Below, piece after piece: positions 36,731-45,892 of a DNA stretch of 64,000 nt. The notes beneath the pieces are model-generated. The model saw nothing but the letters and a program-made list of their open reading frames with translations, ran no database searches and was not told the origin of the DNA. The first letter of the stretch is position 1. Each line of letters opens with the position of its first letter. Both the position numbers and the translations under genes were made by a program. The DNA is from Anaerolineae bacterium (GTDB lineage: Bacteria; Chloroflexota; Anaerolineae; UBA4142), in contig DAOUAL010000004.1 of NCBI GenBank assembly GCA_034433515.1, forward strand, positions 48,697-112,696, read 5' to 3'.

Positions 36731-37375
36731 ATGGCAAAGATTCGTGTGTTGATTGTGGATGATCACGCGATCCTGCGGGAAGGTCTGCGCGCGTTGTTGA
36801 ATTATTACGATGATGTTGAAATCGTGGGCGAAGCGCAAGATGGTGCCGAAGGCATCGAAAAAGTCAAAACGCTCTCCCCGGATGTTGTATTGATGGATAT
36901 TGCGATGCCGGGCATGAATGGCTTGGAAGCAACTCGGCTCATCCGCGAAACATATCCCCAAACCAATGTATTGGTCCTGACCCAACACGAGGATCGGCAA
37001 TATGTGTTGCCCTTGTTACAAGCCGGTGCGTCCGGCTTTATGACCAAACGTGCGTTAGGTACAGAATTGATTCATGCGTTGCGCACCGTTGCCAAAGGGG
37101 AAACATATCTCCATCCCGCCGCCGCGGCCACTGTGGTGCAAGAACTCCGGCATCAAGGTGAATCCATTGCCGATTCGCCCGAATCTATCACCCCGCGCGA
37201 GTTGGAAATTTTGCAACACATCGTGGCGGGCGAAACGAACGCCCAAATTGCCAATGCGCTTTCCATCAGCGTCAAGACTGTCGAATGGCATCGCGCGAAC
37301 TTGATGAGCAAATTAGACGCCCACACCGTGGCTGACTTGGTGCGCTATGCGATCGAACACGGCTTGGTGAGTTAG
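36731..37375 (+). CDS. NarL/LuxR-family response regulator
   Basis: IVDDH, LMDIAMP, and the HTH ITPRELEIL...TVEWHRANLMSKL. Confidence 0.95.
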   Translation: MAKIRVLIVDDHAILREGLRALLNYYDDVEIVGEAQDGAEGIEKVKTLSPDVVLMDIAMPGMNGLEATRLIRETYPQTNVLVLTQHEDRQYVLPLLQAGASGFMTKRALGTELIHALRTVAKGETYLHPAAAATVVQELRHQGESIADSPESITPRELEILQHIVAGETNAQIANALSISVKTVEWHRANLMSKLDAHTVADLVRYAIEHGLVS

Positions 37376-37399
37376 CCACCCCACCTTACGTGAGTAAGC

Positions 37400-37438
37400 A
37401 GACTCCCGGTTTCTCAAGAGACCGGGAGTCTTTTTTTG
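37400..37438 (+). terminator. Intrinsic terminator
   Basis: AGACTCCCGGT-TTCTCAAGAG-ACCGGGAGTCT followed by a T-run. Confidence 0.85.
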
Positions 37439-37683
37439 CCAAGACGAGACCGGGGGAATCCCAGGACATTCCCTAGTTCGGGACCAAGTGAGACGGGGAC
37501 AAGATACCAAAGTAACCTTGGGACAAGCGCGCCAAGGTCTCTCTTGGATATCCCCCTTGCTTCCCCCGCGACAAAACCGAGTGATTGCCCAATCGAAAAC
37601 CGGGACAAGACCTGTTCAAATCAAGGCATACACCTCTTATACTCGATGTAGAGAATGCGCGAGAGCATAAAGATGAGGTGGGT

Positions 37684-38625
37684 ATGGATCGTTTGGTGAT
37701 GCTCTACGGCAAGATTCTGCTAACCTTCTTGATCGGTTTGTGCTTTACCACGTCGGACGCCAATGTTCATCAGATCTCAACGCCGGCGCAAGATACCACG
37801 ATGGTTGCCTTGTCTGCCTCGGCGGTGGGAACACGCATTGTCTTTGCGTCCGATCGCGATCATTGTTTCTACTTTAATCTGTACACAATGAATGGGGATG
37901 GCTCAGATGTGCGGCGCGTTACCCAAGCGATCACGGATGACAAATCGCCGGCGTGGTCGCCGGATGGTCAACGGATTGCGTTTGCTTCCGATCGCACCGG
38001 CAACTATGAAATCTATGTGGTCAATGACAACGGCACGGGTTTGATGCAATTGACAAGTGATCCGGCGTTCGATTGGGAGCCGGTGTGGTCGCCGGATGGG
38101 CAGCGGATCGCCTTTACCTCGAACCGCGATGGGAATTGGGAAATCTACGCGATGAACACTGACGGTTCGAATGTGATGCGTTTGACGAACGATGTGGCAT
38201 ACGATTGGCAACCGGTGTGGTCGCCGGATGGCAAACACATTGCGTTCACTTCGGATCGCGATGGACGCTGGGAAATCTACACCCTGAATCTGGAAAGCGG
38301 CGAACTCAAACGACTCACGCATCCGCCAGCGGATGGCCGAGACCCCGCATGGTCGCCAGATGGCACACGGCTGGCTTTCGTTTCCACCCGGGATCGTGCT
38401 TGGGAAATTTACGTGATGGAGGCGGATGGTTCAAAGGTCAAACGATTGACGCACAGCACGGCGATCAATCAATCGCCCAGTTGGTCGCCAGATGGAACGC
38501 GCATCATTTATGAATCGAACGGTGAGATTCTTTCGATGGCTGGGGATGGATCGCATGTGGTGAACCTGACCAAGAATGCGGCGACGGATTTTCATCCGTC
38601 TTGCACGGCGAATGTACGCCGATAG
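37684..38625 (+). CDS. Secreted TolB-like PD40 beta-propeller protein
   Basis: Hydrophobic N-terminus; five clear P.WSPDG..IAF.S.R.G..EIY-type repeats. Start chosen at ATG 37684. Confidence 0.88.
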   Translation: MDRLVMLYGKILLTFLIGLCFTTSDANVHQISTPAQDTTMVALSASAVGTRIVFASDRDHCFYFNLYTMNGDGSDVRRVTQAITDDKSPAWSPDGQRIAFASDRTGNYEIYVVNDNGTGLMQLTSDPAFDWEPVWSPDGQRIAFTSNRDGNWEIYAMNTDGSNVMRLTNDVAYDWQPVWSPDGKHIAFTSDRDGRWEIYTLNLESGELKRLTHPPADGRDPAWSPDGTRLAFVSTRDRAWEIYVMEADGSKVKRLTHSTAINQSPSWSPDGTRIIYESNGEILSMAGDGSHVVNLTKNAATDFHPSCTANVRR

Positions 38626-38649
38626 ATATTCAAGATATGGAGGTGTGGT

Positions 38650-39561
38650 ATGCAATTAACTCGACGGGATTTTCTGAAACTGTGTGGAGCCGGCGCGGTG
38701 ATGCTTGGCGTCGGTGCAAAGATGGCGCCGCCTGACTTGGCGGTAGGACGCCTTCGCGTGCCTCAACCCTCACAACGTGGGAACGGTGTGTTGATTGATG
38801 TATCCAAGTGTGTGGGTTGCCAGCAATGTCAGATTGCTTGTCAAAAGAGCAAGAACTTGCCGGTGGACACAAAGCAACGCGCGCTGTCGGCAGTGTCACC
38901 TTCTGTCGTCAAGATGCTGAATGTTTCAACGGACCCGGCAAAGCCGGAAATCAAGCCGGTCAAGATGCAATGTATGAACTGCCTCAACCCGGCATGCGTG
39001 GCGGCGTGTACGGTGGGTGCGTTACAAAAGCGCCCGGACGGGCCAGTGGTGTACGACGCGAATCGGTGCATTGGTTGTCGCTATTGTATGTATGCGTGTC
39101 CGTTTGGCATTCCCACATTTGAGTGGGACAAGCAATTCTCGCTCATCGTCAAATGTGATGAATGTGCCGAACGTCAAGATCAGGGCAAGATTCCGGCGTG
39201 TGTAGAAGCGTGTCCTGCCAAAGCGTTGACGTTTGGGCCGCGCAGTGAACTCTTGACCATCGCCCATCAGCGTATCTACGATCCCAAGAGTACATATGTG
39301 CCCCAGGTTTACGGCGAACACGAAGTTGGTGGTACATCTATGTTGTACATCTCGGCGGTACCGTTTGAACGTTTGGGCTTGCCTACCCTATCGGACGAGG
39401 CGCCCGCCGAAGTCAATGCAACGATTATGCACGCCACGCCCACCATTGCCGCAGGGATGATGATGGCGTTGAGTGGAATGTACTGGCTCATCAAACAACG
39501 TGATCGGTTGGAAAAGCAACCAGCGTACGTCACCAATGAAAATCAGAATGGAGGTCATTAA
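38650..39561 (+). CDS. Second Tat-exported 4Fe-4S dicluster protein (HybA/NrfC family)
   Basis: TRRDFLK Tat signal, four Cys motifs and a C-terminal TM helix; paralog of 32222-33121. Confidence 0.9.
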   Translation: MQLTRRDFLKLCGAGAVMLGVGAKMAPPDLAVGRLRVPQPSQRGNGVLIDVSKCVGCQQCQIACQKSKNLPVDTKQRALSAVSPSVVKMLNVSTDPAKPEIKPVKMQCMNCLNPACVAACTVGALQKRPDGPVVYDANRCIGCRYCMYACPFGIPTFEWDKQFSLIVKCDECAERQDQGKIPACVEACPAKALTFGPRSELLTIAHQRIYDPKSTYVPQVYGEHEVGGTSMLYISAVPFERLGLPTLSDEAPAEVNATIMHATPTIAAGMMMALSGMYWLIKQRDRLEKQPAYVTNENQNGGH

Positions 39562-39563
39562 CG

Positions 39564-40919
39564 ATGTTTGGTATACTCATCCCTCAAGAGTTGATGGACG
39601 GTGTGGTGCTCTTGTTCATGTTCGGCGCACGGATTGGTTTACCGATTGCCTTGATGATGACGCTGGGCTATTGGGCGCAACGCAAACTTCACCCCGCCGG
39701 TAGTGAAGAGCCGCGCCGGCGACCGTTACCTAAACTGTTGCAACGGGTTTCGGATGAGGCGGATGCCTTGCCCGCGTGGTTGCCAACGATTGCTTTGCTC
39801 ACCCTCGTTGGCGGTGTGGCGATGCTCTATCGGTTATGGGTCGGGCTGGGGGCTTCGACCAACTTGAACCAAGCGTACCCATGGGGACTCTGGATCGGCT
39901 TTGACCTGTTTATGGTGGCGTTCTCCGGCGGTGCCTTTACACTGGCTACGTTGGTCTATGTGTTCCAAATGCATCGTTTCCACGCCGCCATCCGTCCCAC
40001 CGTTCTCACCGGGTTGTTGGGCTATACCTCGGTGTTGGTGATCTTGTTGATGGACTTGGGGCGCTGGGATCGGTTCTATCACTTTATCATCTATCCCAAC
40101 CTCAATTCTGCCCTCTTTGAAGTGTCGTGGTGCATCTTGCTATACACGCTGGTGTTGATTTCCGAATTTAGCCCGGTCATTATGGAGCGTTTTGGCTGGC
40201 ATCGCGCGCTAGGTCTGATGCGCAAGATCACGGTGCCACTGGTCATCGTTGGCTCAACCCTTTCGACGTTGCACCAGTCCTCGCTCGGTTCGCTGTTTGT
40301 GGTGATGACCGAACGCTTGCATCCCTTGTGGTACACACCGTTGATTCCGGTCTTGTTCTTTGTCTCTTCCATTGCCGCCGGCTTGGCGATGGTCGTTGCC
40401 GGGGCTACCGTGAGTTACTGGGTGTTCAAACGGAGTTTGCCACAACGTCTCGTCGCCGATCTCTCGACGTTCCTCCCGTGGATACTGGGACTGTACCTCG
40501 TCCTCAAATTTGGCGAACTATTTTGGGCGGGTGAAATCGAACTGCTCTGGACGAGCGGGGTGTATAGCCTATTGTTCTGGACCGAACTGATCATCGGCGC
40601 CATGTTCCCGATTGTGTGGTTCAATCTCAAGCGGGTGTATCACAGTCGGTTGCTTTCGTTGATGGGTGCGATCTTGGTGTTGGGTGGAATCTTTTTGAAT
40701 CGCTTTAATGCGGCGTGGTTCGCGCTCCGCCCGGTGCCCGGCTATACCTACTTTCCCAGTCTCGCCGAGATTCTGATTCAGTTGGGGGTGATCTGCGGCA
40801 TCATCACCGTCTATACGTTAGTCGGGTATTACCTACCCTTGTTTGAAGGCACGATTACGCCGGAAGAAGAAATCAAACAAAGGGCCGGCGTGCAACCGCA
40901 ACCCCGCCCAGTGCATTAA
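39564..40919 (+). CDS. Second NrfD/HybB-family membrane subunit
   Basis: PWGLWIGFD, MDLGRW, SALFEVSWC, LSTLHQSSLG and RFNA. Confidence 0.9.
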   Translation: MFGILIPQELMDGVVLLFMFGARIGLPIALMMTLGYWAQRKLHPAGSEEPRRRPLPKLLQRVSDEADALPAWLPTIALLTLVGGVAMLYRLWVGLGASTNLNQAYPWGLWIGFDLFMVAFSGGAFTLATLVYVFQMHRFHAAIRPTVLTGLLGYTSVLVILLMDLGRWDRFYHFIIYPNLNSALFEVSWCILLYTLVLISEFSPVIMERFGWHRALGLMRKITVPLVIVGSTLSTLHQSSLGSLFVVMTERLHPLWYTPLIPVLFFVSSIAAGLAMVVAGATVSYWVFKRSLPQRLVADLSTFLPWILGLYLVLKFGELFWAGEIELLWTSGVYSLLFWTELIIGAMFPIVWFNLKRVYHSRLLSLMGAILVLGGIFLNRFNAAWFALRPVPGYTYFPSLAEILIQLGVICGIITVYTLVGYYLPLFEGTITPEEEIKQRAGVQPQPRPVH

Positions 40920-40930
40920 CCTCTTTCTAT

Positions 40931-40973
40931 GCCCTCCCGGTTCGTCTCGCTGATGAATTAGGGAGGGCTTTTT
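40931..40973 (+). terminator. Intrinsic terminator
   Basis: GCCCTCCC...GGGAGGGC followed by TTTTT. Confidence 0.75.
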
Positions 40974-41000
40974 GCATTTCCCCCCAAGCGTCTGTATAAT
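40972..41000 (+). promoter_or_regulatory. Promoter for the second two-component system
   Basis: TTGCAT, 17 bp, TATAAT. Confidence 0.65.
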
Positions 41001-41010
41001 TGAACTAGGT

Positions 41011-41168
41011 GTTAGTCGCTAGTCGCTAGTTGCTAGTCACTAGTTGCCAGTCGCTAGTCACTAGTCTCTAGCGCCTAACGGCTAGCGCCTAACGGCTAAC
41101 GCCTACCGACTAACGACTAACAACTACCGACTAACAACTACCGACTAACAACTAGCGACTAACGACTA
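41011..41168. repeat. Long inverted heptamer tandem array
   Basis: About 8 GCTAGTC-type units followed by about 14 ACTAACG/ACTAGCG-type units, which are their reverse complement. Ends directly at ATG 41169. Confidence 0.92.
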
Positions 41169-43118
41169 ATGAACGAACTCACCACTTTTCTCCAAGCCAA
41201 CATTATCATCATCTACTTTGTGTACGGTCTGGCGCACTTTGTGACCGGGATGGCGGTTGCGTTAGAAAGTGGACGCGCGACGCAATTGCGTCTTTCGCGC
41301 GCTTTGCCTTTCCTTGCCGCCTTTGGCATCACGCACGGCATCAACGAGTGGATTGAAATGTTTTCGATGATCTCTGCCCAAATTCCCACCTTGGCGCAAG
41401 AACCTCGTTGGGCGGAAATGATCAAACTGGCTTGGAAAGGGATTTCGTTTTATTTCCTGCTGGAATTTGGCGTTCGTCTGTTGAGCGAACATGTGCCGCA
41501 GCAACAACGCTGGTTACGTTTGCTTCCCTTCTTTGGATTGTTCACGTGCTTGATCGGTTCGTTCATTATGTATCTGCAAGCCCGGCCCCTGGGCTATCCG
41601 CAACCGGGTTTGGTCGAAGTCTGGGTCAACTATTCCCTAGGTGTGCCGGCGTCTATCTTTTCGGTGATTGCTTTACTGGCTCAGCGGCGCGCCTTCTTGC
41701 GCGACAATATGCCACAATTTGGCGGCGATTCGGTGGGGGCGGCGTTGGCGATTGGCTGGTACTGCGTGCTCGATCAAATCATTGATGAATCCGCCTTCAT
41801 CTTTCCGGCGAACATCCTCAACACCCACACCTTCCTCAACGTGGTCGGATTGCCGGTCGAAATCTTTCGCACGATGGCAGTAACCGCGTTGGCATTCTTT
41901 GTCATCCGCACCTTGCGCGTGTTCGAAGTCGAGTATGCGCAACGCTTGGAAGCAGCGAATCGTGCGCGCTTTGCCGCGCAAGCAGAAGCCACACGCGAGT
42001 TGATGGTCTTGTTTGAAGCGTGCCGCATTCTCGGCACCTCGCTCGATGTCAATCAACTCATTAACGATTCGTTGACCAAGATCGTCAACTCGCTTGACCC
42101 CATGATCGCCGGCTCGGTGTATCTCTACGATGCGCAACATCACGCGCTGACCTTGCGCGCCTGCAAAATGCGTTCCGAACTATCCTCGTTGAGCCAAGCC
42201 GAGATCGCTGCCGAACAACGCGCCGCGCACGAAGCGTACGACAAATCGGAGATTGCGTACGAGTCCGAGCTGCAAGCCGGCACCTCGTTTGTGGCGGTCC
42301 CGTTGGTGTCACAGGGCAAGACCGTAGGCGCATTGACGTTGGCGCATCGCGCGGCATTTTCAAATTACGCCGTGATTCAAACGCTGGCGCGGCAACTGGG
42401 GATTGCCTTGGAGAATGCTTATCTCTACAGCGAGGTGCAGGAAAAGGAAAAACTGCGCGGGCAACTCTTGGAACGTGCGGTGGCGGCCCAAGAAGAAGAA
42501 CGCAAACGCATTGCACGCGAATTGCACGATGATACCGGGCAATGGCTTACCGCACTGGGCGTGGGCTTGAGCGGGGTGGAGCAAACGATGGCGCAGGATC
42601 CGGAAAAGGCGCAATATCAAATCGCCGAATTGAAAAATATGACGATGCACGCGATTGACAATCTGCGCCAATTCGTTTCCGATCTGCGCCCGGCGATGCT
42701 CGACGATATGGGGTTGGTCTCGGCGTTGCGTTGGCTGGCACAGCAGTACGCTGAGCGAACGGGTTTGCCGATTCACGTCGAAACGGTTGGAAGCAAGCGT
42801 CGTTTGTCATCCCAGGTTGAAACGGTTTTGTTCCGCATCGCGCAAGAAGGGTTGAACAATATCGGACGGCACGCGCAAGCGACCCACGCTCATATCCGTT
42901 TAGAATTTGCACCCACCTTTGTCTCACTCATCGTTCAAGATAATGGTAAGGGATTTGTGGTGGACCAAGTGTTGGGGCTTCACCCCGAACGACGCGCGTG
43001 GGGCTTGCTGGGTGTGCAAGAGCGCGTGGCATTGGTGGGCGGCAAGTTTAATGTGGAATCCGAACCCGGCAAGGGGACTCGGTTGATGGTCGAAATTCCG
43101 ATTACCGACAGCGAATGA
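41169..43118 (+). CDS. Sensor histidine kinase (polytopic membrane sensor, GAF, HisKA_3)
   Basis: About 6 N-terminal TM helices with THGINEW, a GAF-like region, EEERKRIARELHDD, DNGKGF and WGLLGVQER. Confidence 0.9.
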   Translation: MNELTTFLQANIIIIYFVYGLAHFVTGMAVALESGRATQLRLSRALPFLAAFGITHGINEWIEMFSMISAQIPTLAQEPRWAEMIKLAWKGISFYFLLEFGVRLLSEHVPQQQRWLRLLPFFGLFTCLIGSFIMYLQARPLGYPQPGLVEVWVNYSLGVPASIFSVIALLAQRRAFLRDNMPQFGGDSVGAALAIGWYCVLDQIIDESAFIFPANILNTHTFLNVVGLPVEIFRTMAVTALAFFVIRTLRVFEVEYAQRLEAANRARFAAQAEATRELMVLFEACRILGTSLDVNQLINDSLTKIVNSLDPMIAGSVYLYDAQHHALTLRACKMRSELSSLSQAEIAAEQRAAHEAYDKSEIAYESELQAGTSFVAVPLVSQGKTVGALTLAHRAAFSNYAVIQTLARQLGIALENAYLYSEVQEKEKLRGQLLERAVAAQEEERKRIARELHDDTGQWLTALGVGLSGVEQTMAQDPEKAQYQIAELKNMTMHAIDNLRQFVSDLRPAMLDDMGLVSALRWLAQQYAERTGLPIHVETVGSKRRLSSQVETVLFRIAQEGLNNIGRHAQATHAHIRLEFAPTFVSLIVQDNGKGFVVDQVLGLHPERRAWGLLGVQERVALVGGKFNVESEPGKGTRLMVEIPITDSE

Positions 43119-43789
43119 GGGAGGATGGCTTGGCGAAAATTCGTTTGTTGATGGTGGATGATCACGAAATCGTCCGCGCCGGCTTGCGGATGTTATTGCA
43201 AAGCCAGCCCGACATTGAAATCATCGGCGAAGCGGACAATGGACGCGACGCGGTTGCCAAAGCCAAATCGCTCACGCCCGACATCGTGTTGATGGATATT
43301 TCGTTGCCGGATATGGACGGCTTTGAAGCGACGCGCCAGATCAAACGCGCCGCGCCGAACGTCGCCATCCTCGCGTTGACGATGCACGAGAGCGATGAAT
43401 ATTTTTTCAAGATGCTCAACGCTGGCGCATCGGGCTATGTCCCCAAAAAAGCCGCGCCCACCGATCTGGTTACCGCGATTCACACAATTCGCGACGGCGG
43501 CGTGTTTCTCTATCCTTCGCTCGCCAAATCACTCGTACGCGATTATATGGGACGCGCGAGCGAAGCCGGCGCAAAAGAAGCGCTCGACGGCTTGACCGAC
43601 CGCGAGCAAGAAGTGTTGAAACTCATCGCCGATGGTTTGACGAATCAGGAGATCGCGGACCAGCTGACGATCAGCGTGAAAACGGTAGAACGGCACCGCG
43701 CAAACATTATGAGCAAACTCAACTTGCACAGCCGCACCGAGTTGGTCAAGTATGCGATACGCAAGGGGTTGATTGATGTGGAGGGATGA
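43115..43789 (+). CDS. NarL/LuxR-family response regulator
   Basis: MVDDH, LMDISLP and LTDREQEVL...TVERHRANIMSKL. True start may be TTG 43130. Confidence 0.95.
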   Translation: MREDGLAKIRLLMVDDHEIVRAGLRMLLQSQPDIEIIGEADNGRDAVAKAKSLTPDIVLMDISLPDMDGFEATRQIKRAAPNVAILALTMHESDEYFFKMLNAGASGYVPKKAAPTDLVTAIHTIRDGGVFLYPSLAKSLVRDYMGRASEAGAKEALDGLTDREQEVLKLIADGLTNQEIADQLTISVKTVERHRANIMSKLNLHSRTELVKYAIRKGLIDVEG

Positions 43790-43845
43790 GAAAGGCAAGG
43801 AGGGTAGGAAATAGAATGAGGCAAGAAGATTGAGGTTGAGGGAAT

Positions 43846-43945
43846 GTTGTCAAAATAGATCGTCGGGCTTTTGTGCTTTCAGCGTACCTGACACGCACGC
43901 GTGTAAATGGAGAAATGTTATGGGCGAAAGAACAAGTCTTTTCTA
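43846..43945 (+). pseudogene. Probable C-terminal remnant of a RelE-like toxin partner of DUF2283
   Basis: Frame reads VVKIDRRAFVLSAYLTRTRVNGEMLWAKE, resembling the end of toxins that precede DUF2283 genes. An in-frame stop lies at 43837 and there is no start. Confidence 0.4.
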
Positions 43946-44156
43946 TGATCGTGAAGCGGACGTCTTGTATTTCTCAAAAGGTAAGCCATATCCCGAGCAA
44001 GAATCGCAGGAAATTGGCGATGATATGATCGTGCGCTTGAACCCCACGACCCACGAAGTTGAGGGCATCACAATTCTGAATTTTTCGCGCCGCTTTGCCA
44101 GCGTGGACAATCTATCCCTCCCGGTTACAGCGCAAATGCAACTGGCTCAAGCATAG
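43920..44156 (+). CDS. DUF2283-domain protein (putative antitoxin)
   Basis: YDREADVLY...GDDMIVRLNP.T.EVEGITILNFS signature. Confidence 0.85.
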   Translation: MGERTSLFYDREADVLYFSKGKPYPEQESQEIGDDMIVRLNPTTHEVEGITILNFSRRFASVDNLSLPVTAQMQLAQA

Positions 44157-44193
44157 CGCGACTCATTACTGAACACGGCTCACTGGTTTTTCA

Positions 44194-45858
44194 ATGCCAC
44201 CCAAATTCTTCATCACCCATTCATGGAAAGACATTGAGTTTGCTAAACGCCTGACCGACGACTTGCGCCGGCACGGGTTGGAAGGATTTTTCGACGCCTA
44301 CTCGATTCAGCCCGGCGACGACATTGCCTCGCGCGTCGCGCATGGATTGGAAGAGTGCGACGTTTACGTTCCATTATTGTCGCCTGCTGCTGTTGGGTCC
44401 AAATGGTGCGAACTGGAAATCAACGCGGCGATCAACTTGAGTCTGGAACCAGATCGTAATGGCAGACCGCGCATCATTCCCGTTGTTGTCGTGCCGTGTA
44501 AATTGCCGACGCTCTTGCGCGGTCGTTTGTACATCAATTTTCACCAACGTTACGACGACGCGCTGAAGCAATTGTTGGCAGAATTTGGCGTGACGGTTCA
44601 ACCACCCGCGCCATCACAACCAACCCACGCCACGCCCACCGCCGAGCCGCCGAAACCTGCGCCTACACCATCGCGTCCCCAGTCCACACTCTCGCGCGAT
44701 GAACTGGCGCATCTCTACACCGAAGCACGCGCGTTACAAAGCGCAGGCAACTTGCGCGATGCCGCCGCACTGTTTGAAAAGATTGGTGATTACCGCGATG
44801 CGCCTACGCGCTTGCGAAAACTCCAACTCTATCTTGCCGCCGACGAGTTAATGAAACAAGCGCTGGCGGACAAGGACGACCGCACCGAACCGTGGCTGGA
44901 CGCCCACGCGCGCTTGGAAGAATTATTGCAACTCGATCCGCAGTTTCTGGACGCGCGCGCCCGGCTGGACACCGTGAACCGTTGGCTTGCACTGCCAGAG
45001 GCATACGAACGTCTGCTGGACGCGTTGGATGTGGATGATTGGGCAAAAGCGTTCCCGTTGTTCGAGCAAATCCGCAGCGTCAAGCCGACTTACAAACGCA
45101 CCCAAATTTTATTTGAGCACGCGTGGCCGCAAATGGTTCAAGCTGGCGTAACGAAAAAGGTTGGCAAAGATGGCAGAGAAATGATGCTTGTCCCGGCGGG
45201 CAAGTTTGTGATGGGCGAAGGCAGTGACGCACATGAAGTTTATCTCGATTCATTCTACATTGATCGCTACCCTGTGACGAACGCGGATTACAAAAAGTTT
45301 GTGGACGCCACAAAACATTCAGCCCCACCCCATTGGCAGAACGGAAAAATCCCGCAGGGCAAAGAAAACCATCCCGTCGTCAATGTGACTTGGGATGACG
45401 CGAACGCGTACGCGCAATGGGCAGGCAAGCGTTTGCCAACCGAAGCGGAATGGGAAAAGGCAGCAAGTTGGGACGAGATTAAAAAACAAAAACGCGTCTA
45501 TCCCTGGGGTAACGATTTTGACGCGGGCAAATGCAATTCATCCGAATCGGGAATTGGAGACACCACGCCGGTTGGAAAATGCTCACCACAGGGAGACAGT
45601 TTCTACGGTGTCGCAGATATGGCAGGCAACGTGTGGGAATGGTGTGCAGATTGGTACGACGAGAACTATTATAAAAATTCACCGAAAGAAAATCCCACAG
45701 GACCTGCTTCAGGACAATATCGGGTGTTGCGCGGCGGTTCTTGGTTCAACGATCAGAGCCTCGTGCGCGCCGCGTATCGCGTCAGGCTCAATCCTTTCAG
45801 CAGGTTCGGGAGCTTCGGTTTTCGCGTGGTCGTGTCCCATTCTGACTCTGGGCTCTGA
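44194..45858 (+). CDS. TIR domain - helical/TPR-like - FGE-sulfatase (C-type lectin fold) protein; probable DGR target
   Basis: TIR_2 (FFITHSWKD...SKWCELEI). FGE motifs [36 protein letters not shown] and RVLRGGSW...GFR. Confidence 0.9.
   Translation: [554 protein letters not shown]
45721..45840 (+). other. Putative diversity-generating retroelement variable region (VR)
   Basis: Only 13 A in 120 nt, versus 26 in the preceding 60. Most invariant codons lack A. 12 of 13 positions that are Asn in typical templates are NNC/NNT codons. Confidence 0.7.
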
Positions 45859-45883
45859 TCCCTCTGAACTCTGATGCTCTGAA
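45840..45883 (+). repeat. Degenerate CTCTGA heptamer-type repeats after the VR
   Basis: TCTGACT CTGGGCT CTGATCC CTCTGAA CTCTGAT GCTCTGA. Confidence 0.6.
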
Positions 45884-45892
45884 CGGGGTGGG

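Noticed and set aside
41011-41168. Possible CRISPR array
   Set aside because: Units are 7-bp tandem repeats with no unique spacers, and no cas genes are in the window.
43830-43919. TTG-start extension of DUF2283
   Set aside because: The domain begins at ATG 43920; the upstream sequence is better explained as a toxin remnant in another frame.
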